64,000 nucleotides of DNA. Source: Phoronis australis (lineage: Eukaryota > Animalia > Phoronida). The stretch covers positions 481,633 to 545,632 of the forward strand of contig NMRA01000295.1 in NCBI GenBank assembly GCA_002633005.1, in the 5' to 3' direction. Shown here piece after piece: positions 50,401 to 63,177 of this stretch. The first letter of the stretch is position 1. Each line of letters opens with the position of its first letter. The translations under genes and the position numbers were made by a program. The notes beneath the pieces were generated by a model. It saw only the letters and a list, made by a program, of their open reading frames with translations, had not been told where the DNA came from and made no database searches.

Positions 50401-53400
50401 CTGTGAAGGCAATGTTTCTCCATTCTGTAGTCTATGAAAATTCTTGACTTATTGATATTGCTAATTCTTTATGGTGTCTACACTAGTCATGCTTTGTAAT
50501 AAAATTGTTTTACTCGAGCTTAGGGTCTTCACATGCTGTTGTGTCGTATTACGCGTGGGAGATGTTTGGCTTTTCATACTTCCTCTTTGTTTTGAAGATT
50601 TGCATGCAAGGCCGCCACGTCTTCATGGGTTACTTGAACAATGAGGAGAAAACCCGCGAGGCTCTCGACGATGACGGCCTGTTACATTCTGGTGACGTGG
50701 GACGTTACGACCAGGATGGTTTCTTGACCATTACGGGCAGGATCAAAGGTAAAATAGCAAGAAGTAGTCTTGAAAATATTTCGCCCAAAACGATGTACGA
50801 TTAATGCCAAATGCATTCGTGCAAAATTCTGTTTCCGTGGTTACCTGGATTAGCCGCGTAAATGATGAGTGCGGATTGCTCATCCTTTCCGTGAAACCAT
50901 AACGATAAGATCACAAGTTTTCACCGTGTTAGGTTTCGAATAAGTACCCTGTCATTCCCAGTTGTTCTGAATAGCAGCTATGGCAGTGAATTTTGCTCGC
51001 TCTCAGCCAAAAAGGTGAAGTGTAGGTTATATTGTTTGTCTGTTCACTTTAAAGGCCTCATGTAACAGATTTGACCAAAGAGATTATGAATTTTTGGGTT
51101 TGAAAAATCATTTAGCTGTCAAAACTGGCAGGCATAATTCTGTTACTTATTCTGACTGTGTGTGTCTTTTCTGTCCAAGTAGCATCGAAGATGAATACCA
51201 TATGCTTGTATGCCCAGCATTTCACGATTTAAGGGTTAGGTTTATGCAGGAAAAATATTGGAGTTGTCCCAGTGTCAACAAAGTTGTTAGTGTTAATGAA
51301 ATCCTGACAAAGGTGTTATTAGTTTCATGTACCATTCATCGTTGCATAATGTTTGTGCCTCTTCAGTATTTTAACTTTAAGTGCTGTAATTGTACTTGGG
51401 GCCCATGGCCTTGAATACTTGTAGTAAACCCTTATGTCATGTTAAACTTGAGGAATGACCAAAGCAATTCTGTGCTAGATAACTTCTGATAAAACAACAA
51501 GGGTGAAAACTCCTGGGAAATTCCATGTGGGTAAATTAATAGCTCTTGTGCTCCGAATCGAGTAATTTATTGGATATATATGCATGTGGACATTGGCCCA
51601 AAGTATAACAAGTACAAGACACTAAATTGCGCTACAAACTAGACAATAAGTTGTAACGCGTGAGAGCATGGTGGACGAATTTAAACGTGAAATACCCCGA
51701 CTTCTGACTATTCGCTACATTGTGAGTTGTATCGTAAGGCAAAGGGTCATGCATTCATTCGCAATGCAATGAGCATATATAGCTCTATAGATATATCTTT
51801 TCTAATCATTTCTTTGGCATCAAGATGAAATTTATATCAAGGAAATACACATGATGAGAAACTCTAGAAATGGAAACACAGTGGTATCCATGCATTGTAC
51901 AGTAAAATTCTCATCGGATGGTTGTGCATAAGTCGGCTTTCGGCTAAACTCAGACAAAGTTCCACGGTTCGCTTGTGCAAGTTTGTGCACTTGGCCTATC
52001 GGATAAATTGGATTTGGCCTTATTCGGAAGAAATCTCAAAATCTGGTTGGGTTCAACTTGTTCTAATTTTACTGCACATGGCTTTCTGTGGTTAAAAAAC
52101 CTGACGGTGTGTGGAAAGTTAATCGATGATTGGGTCATGCTAATAACCTTATGTTCTTACACACTGGGACTCCTTTGGGTCTTATCCTGGAATACCTGGA
52201 AAGCAATGCAGTTAACTTGCATGGGACAATTATGGGTGATATCATATGTCTTAGGTTCGTGTTACGAGTTTATCCTTACTTGGCAAAAATCACGAGCAGA
52301 TTTCGTACTGTACGTATGCTTGTATGGAGAAAAGTGAATTGGCGGCAACTTTTGTGGAAACCATGAAGTTGTGTATCTTTCTGCGTTACAGAGCTGATCA
52401 TCACGGCAGGTGGTGAGAACGTGCCGCCCGTCTACATTGAAGAGAACGTGAAGGAGGCACTCCCTTGTGTCAGTAATTGTATGCTGGTCGGAGATAAGCG
52501 TAAATTCCTGTCTTTGCTCGTCACTATTAAGGTAGGCGGGGTTAAACTTGTGTGTATGGGTCAAGCTTGTTGAGGCCTGCTGGTGTTTGACGAGTAAGCG
52601 TGTGACTAGTTTTCAAAAACTTTGACCAATTAGGTTGAAAATTCGCTTGGCATCATTAAAGGCATGACAAAAACCCAGCAGAAAGGGGAAGGCTGGCAAA
52701 AAGAAAGCTGACTGGTAATAACTATTAGGGCAGCTAAATTCTAATTACAGAATGGCTTATTCAGGTTACTAACCAATTACACAATGACTTAATCACCTTA
52801 CTTATTACAAATGGCTTATTCACCTTACTAACTAATTACAGAATGGCTTAGTCACCTTACTAACCAATTACAGAATGGCTTAGTCACCCTACTAACTGAT
52901 TTCAGAATGGTTTATTCAGGTTACTAACCAATTACACAATGGCTTTGTCACCTTACTTATTACAAACTGGCTTAGTCACCTTACTAATTACAGAATGGCT
53001 TAGTCACCTTACTAACTTATTACAAAATGGCTTAGTCACCTTGCTAACTAATTACAGATTGGCTAATTACAGACTAGCTTAGTCACCTTAGTAACTAATT
53101 ACAGACTAGCTTAGTCACCTTAGTAACTAATTACAGACTAGCTTAGTCACCTTAGTAACTAATTACAGACTAGATTAGTCACCTTACTAACTTTCCCTTT
53201 GTTCTTGGTCATCAGAAAAGACTACTCTGACAATGAAATCAGCTTTCATCCAACCCTCTTGACTTGTATATCCGGATCATTTTGCCAGAATACTTTTGTT
53301 TTGTACTGTATGTCTGAATATTTTTGGCTGGTACTGTATGTATGAATGCTTTTGGCTGGTACTGTATGTCTGAATACTTTTGGCTGGTACTGTATGTATG

Positions 53401-54239
53401 AATGCTCTTGGCTGGTACTGTATGTCTGAATACTTTTGGCTGGTACTGTATTTAAAATTCGGAATTTGTTGAAAATACATTTGAAGGAAATTTGATATTT
53501 CACGTAGGCCGCCTAACAAGACTGTTTCGGCAGGGACAGTGGTTACTAATTTCACTTTAATTTGATCTTTCAGACCGAGGTTGACTCGGAGACTACCGAG
53601 CCCCAGAACCAGTTCCATCGCGAGGCCCTGGAGTGGTGTAAAAGTATCGGCAGTCAGTCAACGTGCGTAACTGATGTACTGGACAATAAGGACCCTATCT
53701 TCCTGAAAGCGATACAGGAGGGTATTGACCGCGCCAACAAGAAGGCAGTTTCCAATGCACAGCGAGTTGCCAAGTGGACTGTCTTGCCCAAGGACTTCTC
53801 GGTGCCGGGCGGGGAACTAGGTAAGATGTCACAGTCGCCAATGGTCACTGGAAATGTGCACACACTTGTGTCAGTGGTTATGTTTTGATCTTCGATAATG
53901 AATTGAGGTGAAAAACCAGTCATATCAACGAGGGCATTTTCTGATGAGAAAAATGTACTTTGACTCATAGTTGAACTGTAATAAAGTGTATGAATTCTTC
54001 ATTTGTAGGAATTATTGTATTTTGTGAACTAGCTGAGTTTAAGTAATAGCATTCGTCAAAAACTGCTAATCAATTATAACAGTAACGTCTTAAGTCGGGT
54101 GATGTATCGGCTCATCTGCTTTCATTGATAAAATCTGAAACATGAACTTTTTCCTTTGTTTCCAGGACCAACTCTGAAGCTAAAGAGACCTGTTGTTCAC
54201 AAGCAGTACAAGGATACCATAGATGCGTTCTATGCCTGA
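32378..54239 (+). CDS. ACSBG2: Long-chain-fatty-acid--CoA ligase, bubblegum family (ACSBG2-like); 17 coding exons, 2373 nt, 790 aa
   Basis: All introns are GT-AG with consistent phases and the summed exon length is divisible by 3; motifs [22 protein letters not shown] (AMP-binding), [35 protein letters not shown]...[18 protein letters not shown] and [11 protein letters not shown]. Confidence 0.95.
32442..33131. mobile_element. Nearly fully palindromic ~690-bp MITE, Kolobok-like (AGG...CCT, TTAA site), in ACSBG intron 1
   Basis: ttaa|aggcgaaggcaacctttt ... aaaaggttgcctttccct|tgaa; inverted arms continue through ttgattatcccagacatatttttca and tactccggaagtgacgtttt. Confidence 0.8.
33854..34009 (+). 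CDS. ACSBG2: ACSBG coding exon 2 ([11 protein letters not shown]...QQEELN)
   Basis: cag acceptor, G|gtacgg donor, phase 1-1. Confidence 0.8.
35586..35813 (+). CDS. ACSBG2: ACSBG coding exon 3 (LSTDGASEG...APPVED)
   Basis: tttttgtgcag acceptor, G|gtaag donor, phase 1-1. Confidence 0.82.
36377..36541 (+). CDS. ACSBG2: ACSBG coding exon 4 ([15 protein letters not shown]...PNRIAL)
   Basis: tag acceptor, G|gtaag donor; start of the conserved bubblegum region. Confidence 0.88.
39562..39998. mobile_element. Tc1/mariner-like MITE with TA target site
   Basis: ta|ctggggctttctgtagataaaccca ... tgggcttacctacagaaaatcctgg|ta; internal repeats of gcgtttatttgg / ccaaataaa. Confidence 0.7.
40075..40166 (+). 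CDS. ACSBG2: ACSBG coding exon 5 ([30 protein letters not shown])
   Basis: cag acceptor (duplicated 45 nt upstream), AAG|gtagg donor. Confidence 0.92.
40661..40940. repeat. Minisatellite, ~25-bp unit gttgtgtgtttatggtacacag(t/c)ct, about 11 copies, abutting the exon 6 acceptor
   Basis: Direct reading; it produces the repetitive ORFs 40650-40997 and 40717-41148. Confidence 0.95.
40954..41042 (+). CDS. ACSBG2: ACSBG coding exon 6 ([29 protein letters not shown])
   Basis: ttctctttcag acceptor, GG|gtttg donor in phase 2. Confidence 0.93.
41820..42021 (+). CDS. ACSBG2: ACSBG coding exon 7 ([15 protein letters not shown]...RDNIYS)
   Basis: tttcag acceptor, TCT|gtaag donor. Confidence 0.93.
42823..42924 (+). 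CDS. ACSBG2: ACSBG coding exon 8 (WGDLMKMG...NKCCTLIYT)
   Basis: ttttgacag acceptor, ACG|gtgggt donor. Confidence 0.93.
43181..44603 (+). mobile_element. Helentron-associated non-autonomous element (HINE/DINE-like), copy 1, spanning the N gap
   Basis: 5' ttttatgtgcccaca...tgtggacgca hairpin, (cgtc)n microsatellite, internal tandem subunits with ccc/acctagtggc and ttcatgaaatttgg, 3' gtgggcgcatttcaacg...cgttgctcttgtt. Confidence 0.75.
43864..44423. other. Assembly gap of 560 N
   Basis: Run of N. Confidence 0.99.
44728..45950 (+). mobile_element. HINE-like element, copy 2 (more diverged)
   Basis: Same 5' ttttatgcgcccaca...tgggtgca start, same internal subunits, 3' atgggcgcattccaatgc...gcattgctcttgtt. 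Confidence 0.75.
46743..46790 (+). CDS. ACSBG2: ACSBG coding exon 9 ([16 protein letters not shown]), AMP-binding P-loop
   Basis: tttttag acceptor, AAT|gtaag donor. Confidence 0.95.
47705..47872 (+). CDS. ACSBG2: ACSBG coding exon 10 (ITFTARRG...[10 protein letters not shown]...FAQPDALK)
   Basis: tag acceptor, AAG|gtacg donor. Confidence 0.95.
48418..48599 (+). CDS. ACSBG2: ACSBG coding exon 11 ([27 protein letters not shown]...)
   Basis: tag acceptor, AA|gtagg donor in phase 2. Confidence 0.95.
48631..49720 (+). mobile_element. HINE-like element, copy 3 (5' part lost at the N at 48630)
   Basis: Same subunits as copy 1; 49541-49720 is nearly identical to 44424-44603. Confidence 0.78.
49732..49922 (+). 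CDS. ACSBG2: ACSBG coding exon 12 ([18 protein letters not shown]...EIYGMSECT)
   Basis: ttttccag acceptor, G|gtgag donor. Confidence 0.95.
50260..50369 (+). CDS. ACSBG2: ACSBG coding exon 13 ([17 protein letters not shown]...EEGNGE)
   Basis: cag acceptor with ctaat branch-like site, GAG|gtagg donor. Confidence 0.92.
50598..50748 (+). CDS. ACSBG2: ACSBG coding exon 14 ([14 protein letters not shown]...LHSGDVG...TGRIK)
   Basis: aag acceptor, G|gtaaa donor. Confidence 0.95.
51100..51420 (+). mobile_element. 3' remnant of a non-LTR retrotransposon (ORF2 C-terminal CCHC region)
   Basis: HLAVKTGRH...CLFC...[17 protein letters not shown] matches the recalled LINE motif (I/V)ETGR...C..C...EDE.H.L..C....LR. 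Confidence 0.7.
52392..52531 (+). CDS. ACSBG2: ACSBG coding exon 15 ([12 protein letters not shown]...[14 protein letters not shown])
   Basis: cag acceptor, AAG|gtagg donor. Confidence 0.95.
52740..53192. repeat. Minisatellite, ~31-35-bp unit actaattacagaatggcttagtcaccttacta, shifting to a gactagcttagtcaccttagta variant
   Basis: Direct reading. Confidence 0.92.
53290..53450. repeat. Minisatellite, ~28-bp unit cttttggctggtactgtatgt(c/a)tgaat
   Basis: Direct reading; explains ORFs 53246-53503 and 53277-53618. Confidence 0.9.
53574..53820 (+). CDS. ACSBG2: ACSBG coding exon 16 ([10 protein letters not shown]...[25 protein letters not shown])
   Basis: ctttcag acceptor, G|gtaag donor. Confidence 0.95.
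54166..54239 (+). CDS. ACSBG2: ACSBG terminal coding exon 17 ([23 protein letters not shown])
   Basis: tttccag acceptor, TGA stop. Confidence 0.95.
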
Positions 54240-54383
54240 GTTCGGCTGGTTACCAGCAAATTTACCTCTTCTTCATATAACCTCCTGTGCGACACATTTA
54301 CTAGATATATCTGTAAGTTGCAAATGGCATTACCTCTGAAGCAGAAGGTGGACTGTGTGTCAAAATTATTAATGTTACTTTCC

Positions 54384-54516
54384 ACCTGGAAGTGATACTG
54401 ATATCATGCATCTATGAGTGATACTGATATCATGCACCTGCAAGTGATACTGATACCATGCACCTACAAGTGATACTGATATCTTGCACCTGCAAGGGAT
54501 GCTGATATCATGCATC
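54384..54516. repeat. ~26-bp tandem repeat (gtgatactgatatcatgcacctgcaa) in the putative ACSBG 3' UTR
   Basis: About five copies read directly. Confidence 0.85.
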
Positions 54517-57224
54517 AGGTAAACAATATTGTACAATGAAAATTTGAGATAAAGTTCGTACGTGAAAAAAGTGACAAATTCGAATTTGATCTGCTTCACT
54601 TAGAGTTTTTTAATCTCATCTACGTAACTTCTGTAGCTGGTTCTACTGAACTTGGAGCACTGGATAACCTTGGGTCAAATGTAAAAATGTGTGTTAATTT
54701 AATTAATTTTCGTCCGTTGAGTGTGGTGTAGGTTCTTCGATTCATATTGTTTACAGCACTTAATTTTTCCAATTGCGCGGAGTCCTGACGACTGATGTCC
54801 AAGCTTTCCGTTAGTTCGGCACAAACTCGAGATGAAATAGTTTGGTTTTTAGACATGATAGTTTACGCAGACGTGAACATAATCTTAAGTTGCATTTTAT
54901 GACCCGTAAACTTGTGCTTTAAACCCAAGCTTGAATTTGAATTTGAGTGCTAAGTTGGATTTGTAAATTTGATGTTAAGCTCACTGCATTCAAGTTTGTG
55001 GGGATAGTCTTCAGACGGTTTGGTGCAAAAGCTCCATTTATGGGCAGAAACACATTCCTTCATGCTGGTTTCTGTTTATTAAGTCTGAGATGTAGTTGAG
55101 ATTTTCATTAGTCGGTTTTCTGTCTCAAGTATGAGTTGATATGTATGTATGTATGAGAGATGCGTTTTAATCCAACACTGCGGCAAGAAACTGCTTGAAA
55201 AAATTTACCAAAATGAAGTCTGTTCAAACAAGTGACATTTCGACACTTATCGCCCTGTAGTTTTACAAAACTGAATATATTCATGCTTTACAAGCGTCCA
55301 AAGTACTTTGCTATTGGAATTTGTCTTCGACTATCTTTTGGAGAAAATAAAATCATATATCACTTAATATCAGGCTGTGTCTGTCAATTTGAACGAACGC
55401 AAGGAAACCCAGCTCCTGTATCATCTGTATCACGTGGTGTTCACATTGAAGATAAGCGCAGTTTGATCTGAAAATGTATCACTGAAAGTGTCTAATGCTG
55501 TAGTCGTGTGAAAGATACTCTGTGCACCATTGTGTGTTCATTGTGATTTTTACTGGGGAAGGATTCACACGGTCACGTTCTGCGACGAGATTAATGCGTC
55601 AGATGGTAAAGGGTAGTTTCTTCAAGTTAGAGCTCAATATGGCGGAACAGTAAATTTTATCAAAAATTTCAGAAATACAAAGAACGACAACAGTTTTATT
55701 TGATCATTTGAAATTTGATTCTGTGTGGGTGTCGTCAACAAACGCACAATATTTTGAACATTTTTGGCAATGTAATGAACATTTGGAAAATAAAAAATTG
55801 CCGCGTATTGTTCGAAATGTAAGAAACTTTACTGTACTTTAGTAGGCATTTTGATCTACGCACACTCTGCATCTTCAATGCATCATTAGTCTAGCTACTC
55901 ACTTTGGCCAAACTTTACAGTTTGAGGAGTGAGTGTTGAAGTCGTCACTGTCTTTTTTCATTTAATTTGTATGAAAGCCAGTAATCTATAGTTGTTCTTG
56001 GATTTCTCATTATTGTATACCCAAGTTATTTGTATTTTGTTTTTGATTTTGTGTGTACATTTCGAATGACCTCTTGATGACCTCTTGAGTGTTTAATTAC
56101 AATGAATAGGCAGCTGTGTTAACTCCGTAGAGTTGTAAGAGATATCACTGCAGTGTGTGTACATAACGATTAGACATGGTATTTTCAAAGCATTCCATTA
56201 GTTACAAAGTTGTTGGACTTGCCAGACCACCAAGTTAGGTGTTCCTTTAATATTTTATGGGCATTTTGTGGATGGTCGCGTCGTAGTTTGAAGCCCCATG
56301 TCACGCCATCTTTGAAAACCATGATTGGTTCGTGCTTGGGGTGATACGCGCTGGTTTAGTTAGCTTTCCATCATGATAACACCGGAGACCAATTGGAGCT
56401 CTCAGTGGTTTAATCCACAGCCATTGACTTGATTTGCTCCATCCACTTTTAAATTTGGCATTTCAGCTTAAAGTAATTGGCACTGCATGGCACTTCAATA
56501 GTGTGATGTCCTATACTTGGATTTATAATTATAGTTGGTGGAATATCTATGTGGTTTTGTGTTAGGGATCTTATTTAAGTTTGAGGTGTAAGGTTTACTT
56601 GGCATGTCGTTTAGACAGATTAGAATCAAATGTCTGTATATTGAGGCATAATAATGTAAATGTATCAAGTGCTGACGAAGAGACCTATTTAATAATAGTG
56701 CTGTATGGTATTTTGTGTAGTTGGTAATAACATTTGTTGGGTCTACTCTACTTCCCAACTGAAACTGTGGTAATATTCGGTTATTTTTCAGTTGTGAAAT
56801 ATGGTATTACTAAAATGAAACACCATGAATCTGGCATTGTTTTGTTGCTGTGAGATAAGCTGTACCCCTTCAAGTCTTCTTTCTCTCGGTTACTTTATTC
56901 ATCTGAATTTCCAGGTGCACAGCGTCTTCGATTGAAAAATAAATATGGAATAATTATGTTATTTCTTGTTGAGATGAGACTGTCAGCGATGTTGTGTTGT
57001 TACTCTGTGAGACGTTAAGGGTGACAGCATTATGTTCTTTGTCAAGCTAGCTGCTTTTCAGCTACTGACTGTAAACGTGTCGGGGGTTGTCCGATTTTTC
57101 CGAGAAATGGTCGGGGTGTGGGATTAAGCTGGGCGATATGATTCCTCTTTCAAATGAATAGAAATTTCAAATGTCAGCTGTCACTTGTCTGCTCTACGGT
57201 TCTAAGCCAAATTTTCCTCCCCTA

Positions 57225-57267
57225 ACACACACGCACACACACACGCACACACACACGCACACACACA
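57225..57267. repeat. Interrupted (CA)n microsatellite
   Basis: acacacacgcacacac... Confidence 0.9.
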
Positions 57268-60200
57268 TTCATGCTTCAAAATAATAGGTTAATGCAATTT
57301 GATTTTGTTTTCCTGTTGCTTCAAATGATTGCTTTGGGTTTCCAAAAGGGTGTATTATGGGGTTTCAGATTTCTCACAAGGAGGCCATAATTTCTTATGG
57401 CAATATAGTTACGAACATTTAAATGCTAAGTAGGTGTCAGTTCGGTCCTTCACACACTGACAAATAAAATATTGACACATGGTTTATACTATTGACCTAA
57501 GTATTGACACGGTTAATATACTATTGACCTCGAAATTCCATCCTAAATATGCAGTACATATCAAATCGTCCCAAGTTTAAGTTATGTTGTGCTTCTATGT
57601 TCTTGGTTATTAACCTCTTATCATGCCACGAGGCTCTTGGCAAATTTACATTACACGAACATATGGTCAAGTGTTAAAGCAGCTCTACAAGATGTACATG
57701 TGTCCTCGCTAATTATTTTCTTTTTTAGATAAACCTTTCTATGAAAACAGTAACATTTAAATGTTCTCACATAAGGAAATAATAATAATTTAATATGGAA
57801 GAATGTAGATTTGCTCATTTGTTTTCTGGAATAACCATCATATTGTACTCCAGATCAGGAGGCGAGGCAATTTTACAAACTTAAGTAATAATTCTCATAT
57901 AATGAGTAACAAACTGATTTTATTTGAAAGATTTTATACAATCCGACTTGGAAGACGAGACATTTCAAGCTTGCAATCCTTTGTAATGTTGAAACCACAA
58001 GCCCACACACGGAATTCAGACGGAACGACCAATTTTAACCCCCACTGATCAAAAGGGAAAACAAAATGGCACAGGATTACAATTCATTTAATTTGCATAT
58101 GAATTTAGTACATATTTTCAGTGATGGATTTTTGTACAGTTCAGCAATTTTTAAGTATAAGAAATCTGTACAATAAAAGTGACATTATCATCGAGAAAAA
58201 CAATTCTCAGAGATCTGCCTTGGTATAGAATCGAACCTGGAACCCATGCAGTTGCAGGCAAGTGCTCAACTGGGAGAGTTAAATCTCAACCGAGAAATGG
58301 CCGAGTATATAGTGCATAATATACAGAAGTTATTACCTTCTGATAATATCTAACTGGTGAAGTCACTGGCCCTGATTTTATCGAATGGCAGGAAATGGTG
58401 AGGATTGGCAATTTGTAACAAAATCACAAAAACACCAGATTTTGTTGTTTCACAGCAGACAATGATAACACCAGAAGTCTATCTGATTCAACAATAATCC
58501 AAGAATGTGTTTTTCAGGCGTCAAATCGATAATTTCCCTTTAAATTGAGAGCATTTATTGCAAGTTTAAATAGACGGGACAGGCTAATATGACATCAGGT
58601 CCTAGTAATATGAAAACAAATGGCTATGAACATTATACACTCAGAAAGAAAATATCCTAGGTATGAACACATATGGCACAATGATGCTATGTTCAGTAAA
58701 AGTACAGATCCCTGATTAACTTGATCCATTTTTCCGTGTTAAGCCACTGCGTGTATTTACTCTATTACTCATGAAACGATAGAAATTGACGTTAACGATA
58801 GGCACCATGTTGGTTCTGCTCTCACATTCATTGAGCAAACGCAATATCTTACTATTAAACACAGTCTGTCGGCCATTAAGATGCAAGATGCACGCCTTTT
58901 GCTAGGTCATTATCACTTTATACTGACTCTGTTCCATTCAGAGCAAATATAACCCAAGGGAACCATTTTAACATGAAAAATTGTCTTCGAAGATAAGCAG
59001 TACATGTAAAAGGAAACATCAAAAATCGTTCCTTCCCCTTAAAGAAAAACAGGAATGTTTTTACATTGTACAAGTGCTATAATTGTACATATAATATTAA
59101 CGGAAATAAACAGTTCACAGTTAGTTTAAAGCTTGGAACTGAATATTTGTTAGCAGGCTGTTAGCTGACTTCACCAGCCTGGTCATTATATTTGAAATAC
59201 CAGACGCAATGTGCCCAACAACGAACTATCAAATTTTCAGACAGAAACTACTCGTACATAGCATCTTTAAGGTTACGCAGGATACTAGAAAAATGTCCAA
59301 ATTTAGCCAAACTTGGAACACCATATCTTGGAATTGGCTGAACAGATTCGTAAGTTTCAAGTACTGTGCTTCGTGCGTTGTTCGTTCTCCAAAACGCAAT
59401 AGAATGTGTTTTGAATGTTACACTTTTGCACGAGGGGCTATCAAAAAATTATGTTTTGTGAAAAAACGCGAGTTTCATAAAATGAAAAACAAAATTGTTC
59501 CTAAGAAAACTAAATGTTTTTGAGACTTCACCTTGACTGTTTATATCAAATGAAATTTAGTCCATGCTGTGGATAGTTGTTTTGCTTAGGATGTACCTTT
59601 ATTTTTTTCTAAAATGATATGGCCATATGATCCAATTACTGGCACACTGGTGTAAAGTCAACCATCAAATTTTACGGACATTCTACTTTCAGAAAAAATC
59701 TATGGTATTGTTGGCATTTGGCTAAATACACAAGACTACTTGATATGGTCCATCATAATCATTTTACACAACACCAGGGGGAGCTTGGGTTACACTGATA
59801 ACCTCCAACTCATAAGCTGCTGTGCGTAAATCACTTTCCATGTTCAAGACAGTGTTGCACTTACCCCACCTTTGTCTTCCACATTCACATAAGATTCAAC
59901 CAAAAAAAAAATCCTTGGCTTTTTGGACTTGTTTTAAAACTAGAAGATTCTGAAGTGACATTTGCCATTTCTTTCCCTTCTTCAGTAGCTTGGCTTCATT
60001 CCAGTGAAGCATAGACTCACCCATGATGACTGTCGCAGTGTTCTCGTCAGACATTTTAGTATGGCCAGCCACACTTTAATTTTGAGCCTCAATGCTCAAT
60101 TTTGATTGACTTCACAGCAATTTTGACTACAGAAATGCTTTTACCTTGTCTCAACTGTCACCCTTTTCATTACCGTGCCACTACAGTTAATATCTTACCA

Positions 60201-60557
60201 GTTATATTAAAGTTCTCACTGAACTTTGACCTAAAACTTTTCATTGCGGAATTTCACCAAGATCAGAGACATGGTGGCCGCTGTCCCCTTAACTGCTTTG
60301 ACTGAACGTGTTCTGTCGTTCCTACTGCACTTTTATTTTTTGCTCCAGCTTAGAAAAGCTGGAAGTTTCTGTTCAGAAAATATGAAAGAATTTGAGCAAC
60401 TTTAGCTTATTCCAAAATGAGCAGTAATTCATCCGACTTCCTCCATAACTTCTGCCATAACTATGTGTTTCATAACAAAGCTGCTTAATTTAAAGATTTT
60501 TCAATTTTTCAAAAACTACAGTAATTCAGTCCATCCACTACGTACGAACACTGTCGA

Positions 60558-60814
60558 TCAATCTTTATTCCATGTAAATGAGTAACAGTTTCCTGGCTGA
60601 AGCACATATTCTGCGTCCACTATGTGATACACTGGCGTGTGTTTACCAAACATCTTAGCTTTGCAGAGTACCAGGTCATTTGAGCTCAGTAGGTGGTAGT
60701 CAAACTCCATGGTAACAGGGCACTGATCGTCCTGTAACTCAGCAACTGTCTGCCAATAGTTGACCTTTTCCTTACTATACAAGACAATACCCTTCCACCA
60801 CCGTACACCTTCAC
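60558..60814 (-). CDS. Terminal coding exon of an unrecognised 129-aa protein (GEGVRWWKGIVLYSKEK...LCKAKMFGKHTPVYHI...YSFTWNKD*)
   Basis: tgtctctgcag acceptor in phase 1; open frame to TGA; globular-looking composition. Confidence 0.8.
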
Positions 60815-61743
60815 CTGCAGAGACAACACAGAATTTCTCATCACACAAAACATCAAAACAGTCGAAACTTGTTACAAGGTATATCAACCAACTGCACAAG
60901 AACAATAGTTTGTCGTAACCAGGGCACAGCAGTTATCAAAAAGACGACAGATATTTCTTCGCGTCAAACACAGTGGAAATTTCAAAGCAAGTATTTCAAT
61001 CTAATTTTCAATGATTTAGAATTATTTTTGCCTGATTTCCATCTGGGTTTTCATCACAACTTAATTTTTGTAAAATTGTAATTTTTTTGAAAATTGCTAA
61101 GTGTGGACTTATTTATAAACACATTGTCCATTTTGACGTAAAATCGGGACTTAGAAGTTAACACATTCACTGTTAACATTTGAGACAAGGTGCAAACAAG
61201 ATTTGATAGAATCAATAGAACACACCACCAGTAAGAAAGTCGCAAAACTCCTGTCCTTGTAATTTTTGAATATCATGCAATTCTGACAAAGACCGCTCTC
61301 TACTGTACACCTGGTCTCTACTTGTTGTGTATTTAGAGCTATATGGTGACTTATTAAGAAGAAATGACAGTAAGTTGCTGAACATAATCAGTCCAAAGGT
61401 CTGCTTAAGTCTAATAATGGTTCTTAACTTCAGACGAATGCAGAAGTGAAAAGCGTGGCATACAAGCTGTACTGACAGGATAGAAGAAAACGCAGCCAGA
61501 AACAACAACAGCTGATCTTGTCAATATATAAACAAGGTCACGTGTAATTGGTGGCTACAAATCGGTGACTATGCGAAGAGCTCTTTAGCTGACTGAGACC
61601 AGACAAGGATCACTACCCTGTTGTCAGCTGTAGCTTGACCAAGTTTGCAATGTGCGAGGCCTTTTTAATGAATTCTAGTCACCAAGCACAAGCAGTTTTA
61701 AAAATTTGACACGTCACTATGCTTTGTCCTGTCCGGACATTAC

Positions 61744-61867
61744 CTAGTGCCAGACTTATCTTGACTCTGTGTTTCGCGCAGTCAGGCTGAGCCATCACCT
61801 TCACATCTATATCGTCACCATCTTGCATGCCCCGTCCAACATTCAGGAAGTTCACTTGATATTTAGG
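61744..61867 (-). CDS. Middle coding exon of the 129-aa protein (PKYQVNFLNVGRGMQDGDDIDVKVMAQPDCAKHRVKISLAL)
   Basis: tttttcag acceptor, G|gtaatg donor; 124 nt open in phase 0 to 1, joining the terminal exon in frame. Confidence 0.78.
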
Positions 61868-63177
61868 CTGAAAAATTTCAAACTCTCAGCAATTTAACTT
61901 TTTGTACGTGGCTAACTTTTAGCAAAGAGGCATGCACACTAGATTAAATGTGGCAGAACCATTTCGAATTGTACACATAGTGTACCTAATTATCGGACGG
62001 ACCCTAAGTAAAATCGGACATTACATAAAATCTTACTTGAAGCATAATCTGAGAAATATATGACACAAATTTTTGTTTCGCTGTAATGCATTCAATGTCC
62101 GGCACTGTCTCGTTTTTTCTAGCATTGCCTCGTTTTAATTTTACTGATAGAGGGTGCAATTTAGACCCACAAGTCAGCCTAAAATGGACGCTCGCATAAA
62201 TCGGAAAACAAATCTTTTTTCCACAATGAAGACATCTAATTGAACTAACAAATGTCACTGTTTCATTTTTTCATTTGTTTTTAAACTCAAGTCAATCACC
62301 GGTCACGCACGTGCATGTGTCATATCAAGAAGGCAAGGAGATACTAAAAACTTCAATGAGTTTGCACGCGCTTTAGTCGTCTGCACTGATTCATCGAAAT
62401 GACTTGGTGCTGTCATCAGACTTCATGTTATGGATAATTTTGTTGCGAATGGAGCTATGTTTTAGCAGCATATGTCAAAACACTCGAGCTGAAATTTGGC
62501 TACAAGCTCCCCGTGGCCATTACTTGGTTAGTCAGTTTTCCGCAGTGGGGTGTATAGGGAAACATGTTGTCCGATATTTAGGTTCTCTGAAGGTTTGCTA
62601 GTTGTGCTTTTTAAAGATCAGTCGGAACACAAATGTGGCTTTTGGTGACAAGATATAGTAACACAGCAATTCTATAAAAGTAAGCCTTTACTTCAGCAAA
62701 GAATTTACAACAATCCGTAGTATTTTCAATTAAATTTAATGCAAAATGTGCCAAAACGTTCGATAATTAGGTCACTTGACTGTATAAATGCACAACATTA
62801 GCTTGCACCATAGGGGGCTGGGGGGGGGCTATAGCCCCCTACTTTTGCCAGTGCTACGCCGCACATGGTCTACAGGCGGTGCACCACAGGGGAGCTGAGG
62901 GGGCTTTAGCCCGCCACTTTTTTCAGTGCTGCACCGCCAATGTCTCTACATGAAAAGGTACTAATAACAAAATGATTTTGATGTTTTAATCAGTGTGAGG
63001 CATAATTCAATGAAAAGCTTTCGGCGTATGAAGTTCCTATAGGAGCTTCACCGTCTCTACTGGGGCCAGCTAGAGACGGTGGTCACTGTTGTCTTGTTGA
63101 CACTAGGCATAAATCAGACCAGTAAATTGAACGTCCTTATGTAATGCTTTCAGATCGCCAATTAACATTGTATTTAC

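Noticed and set aside
52740-53450. Possible CRISPR-like arrays (also 16262-16559 and 40661-40940)
   Set aside because: Head-to-tail repeats without unique spacers, no cas genes, eukaryotic intronic or intergenic context
60520-60560. TGA of the 129-aa gene as selenocysteine or readthrough
   Set aside because: No SECIS element recognised downstream, no redox motif context, and only a short nondescript extension follows
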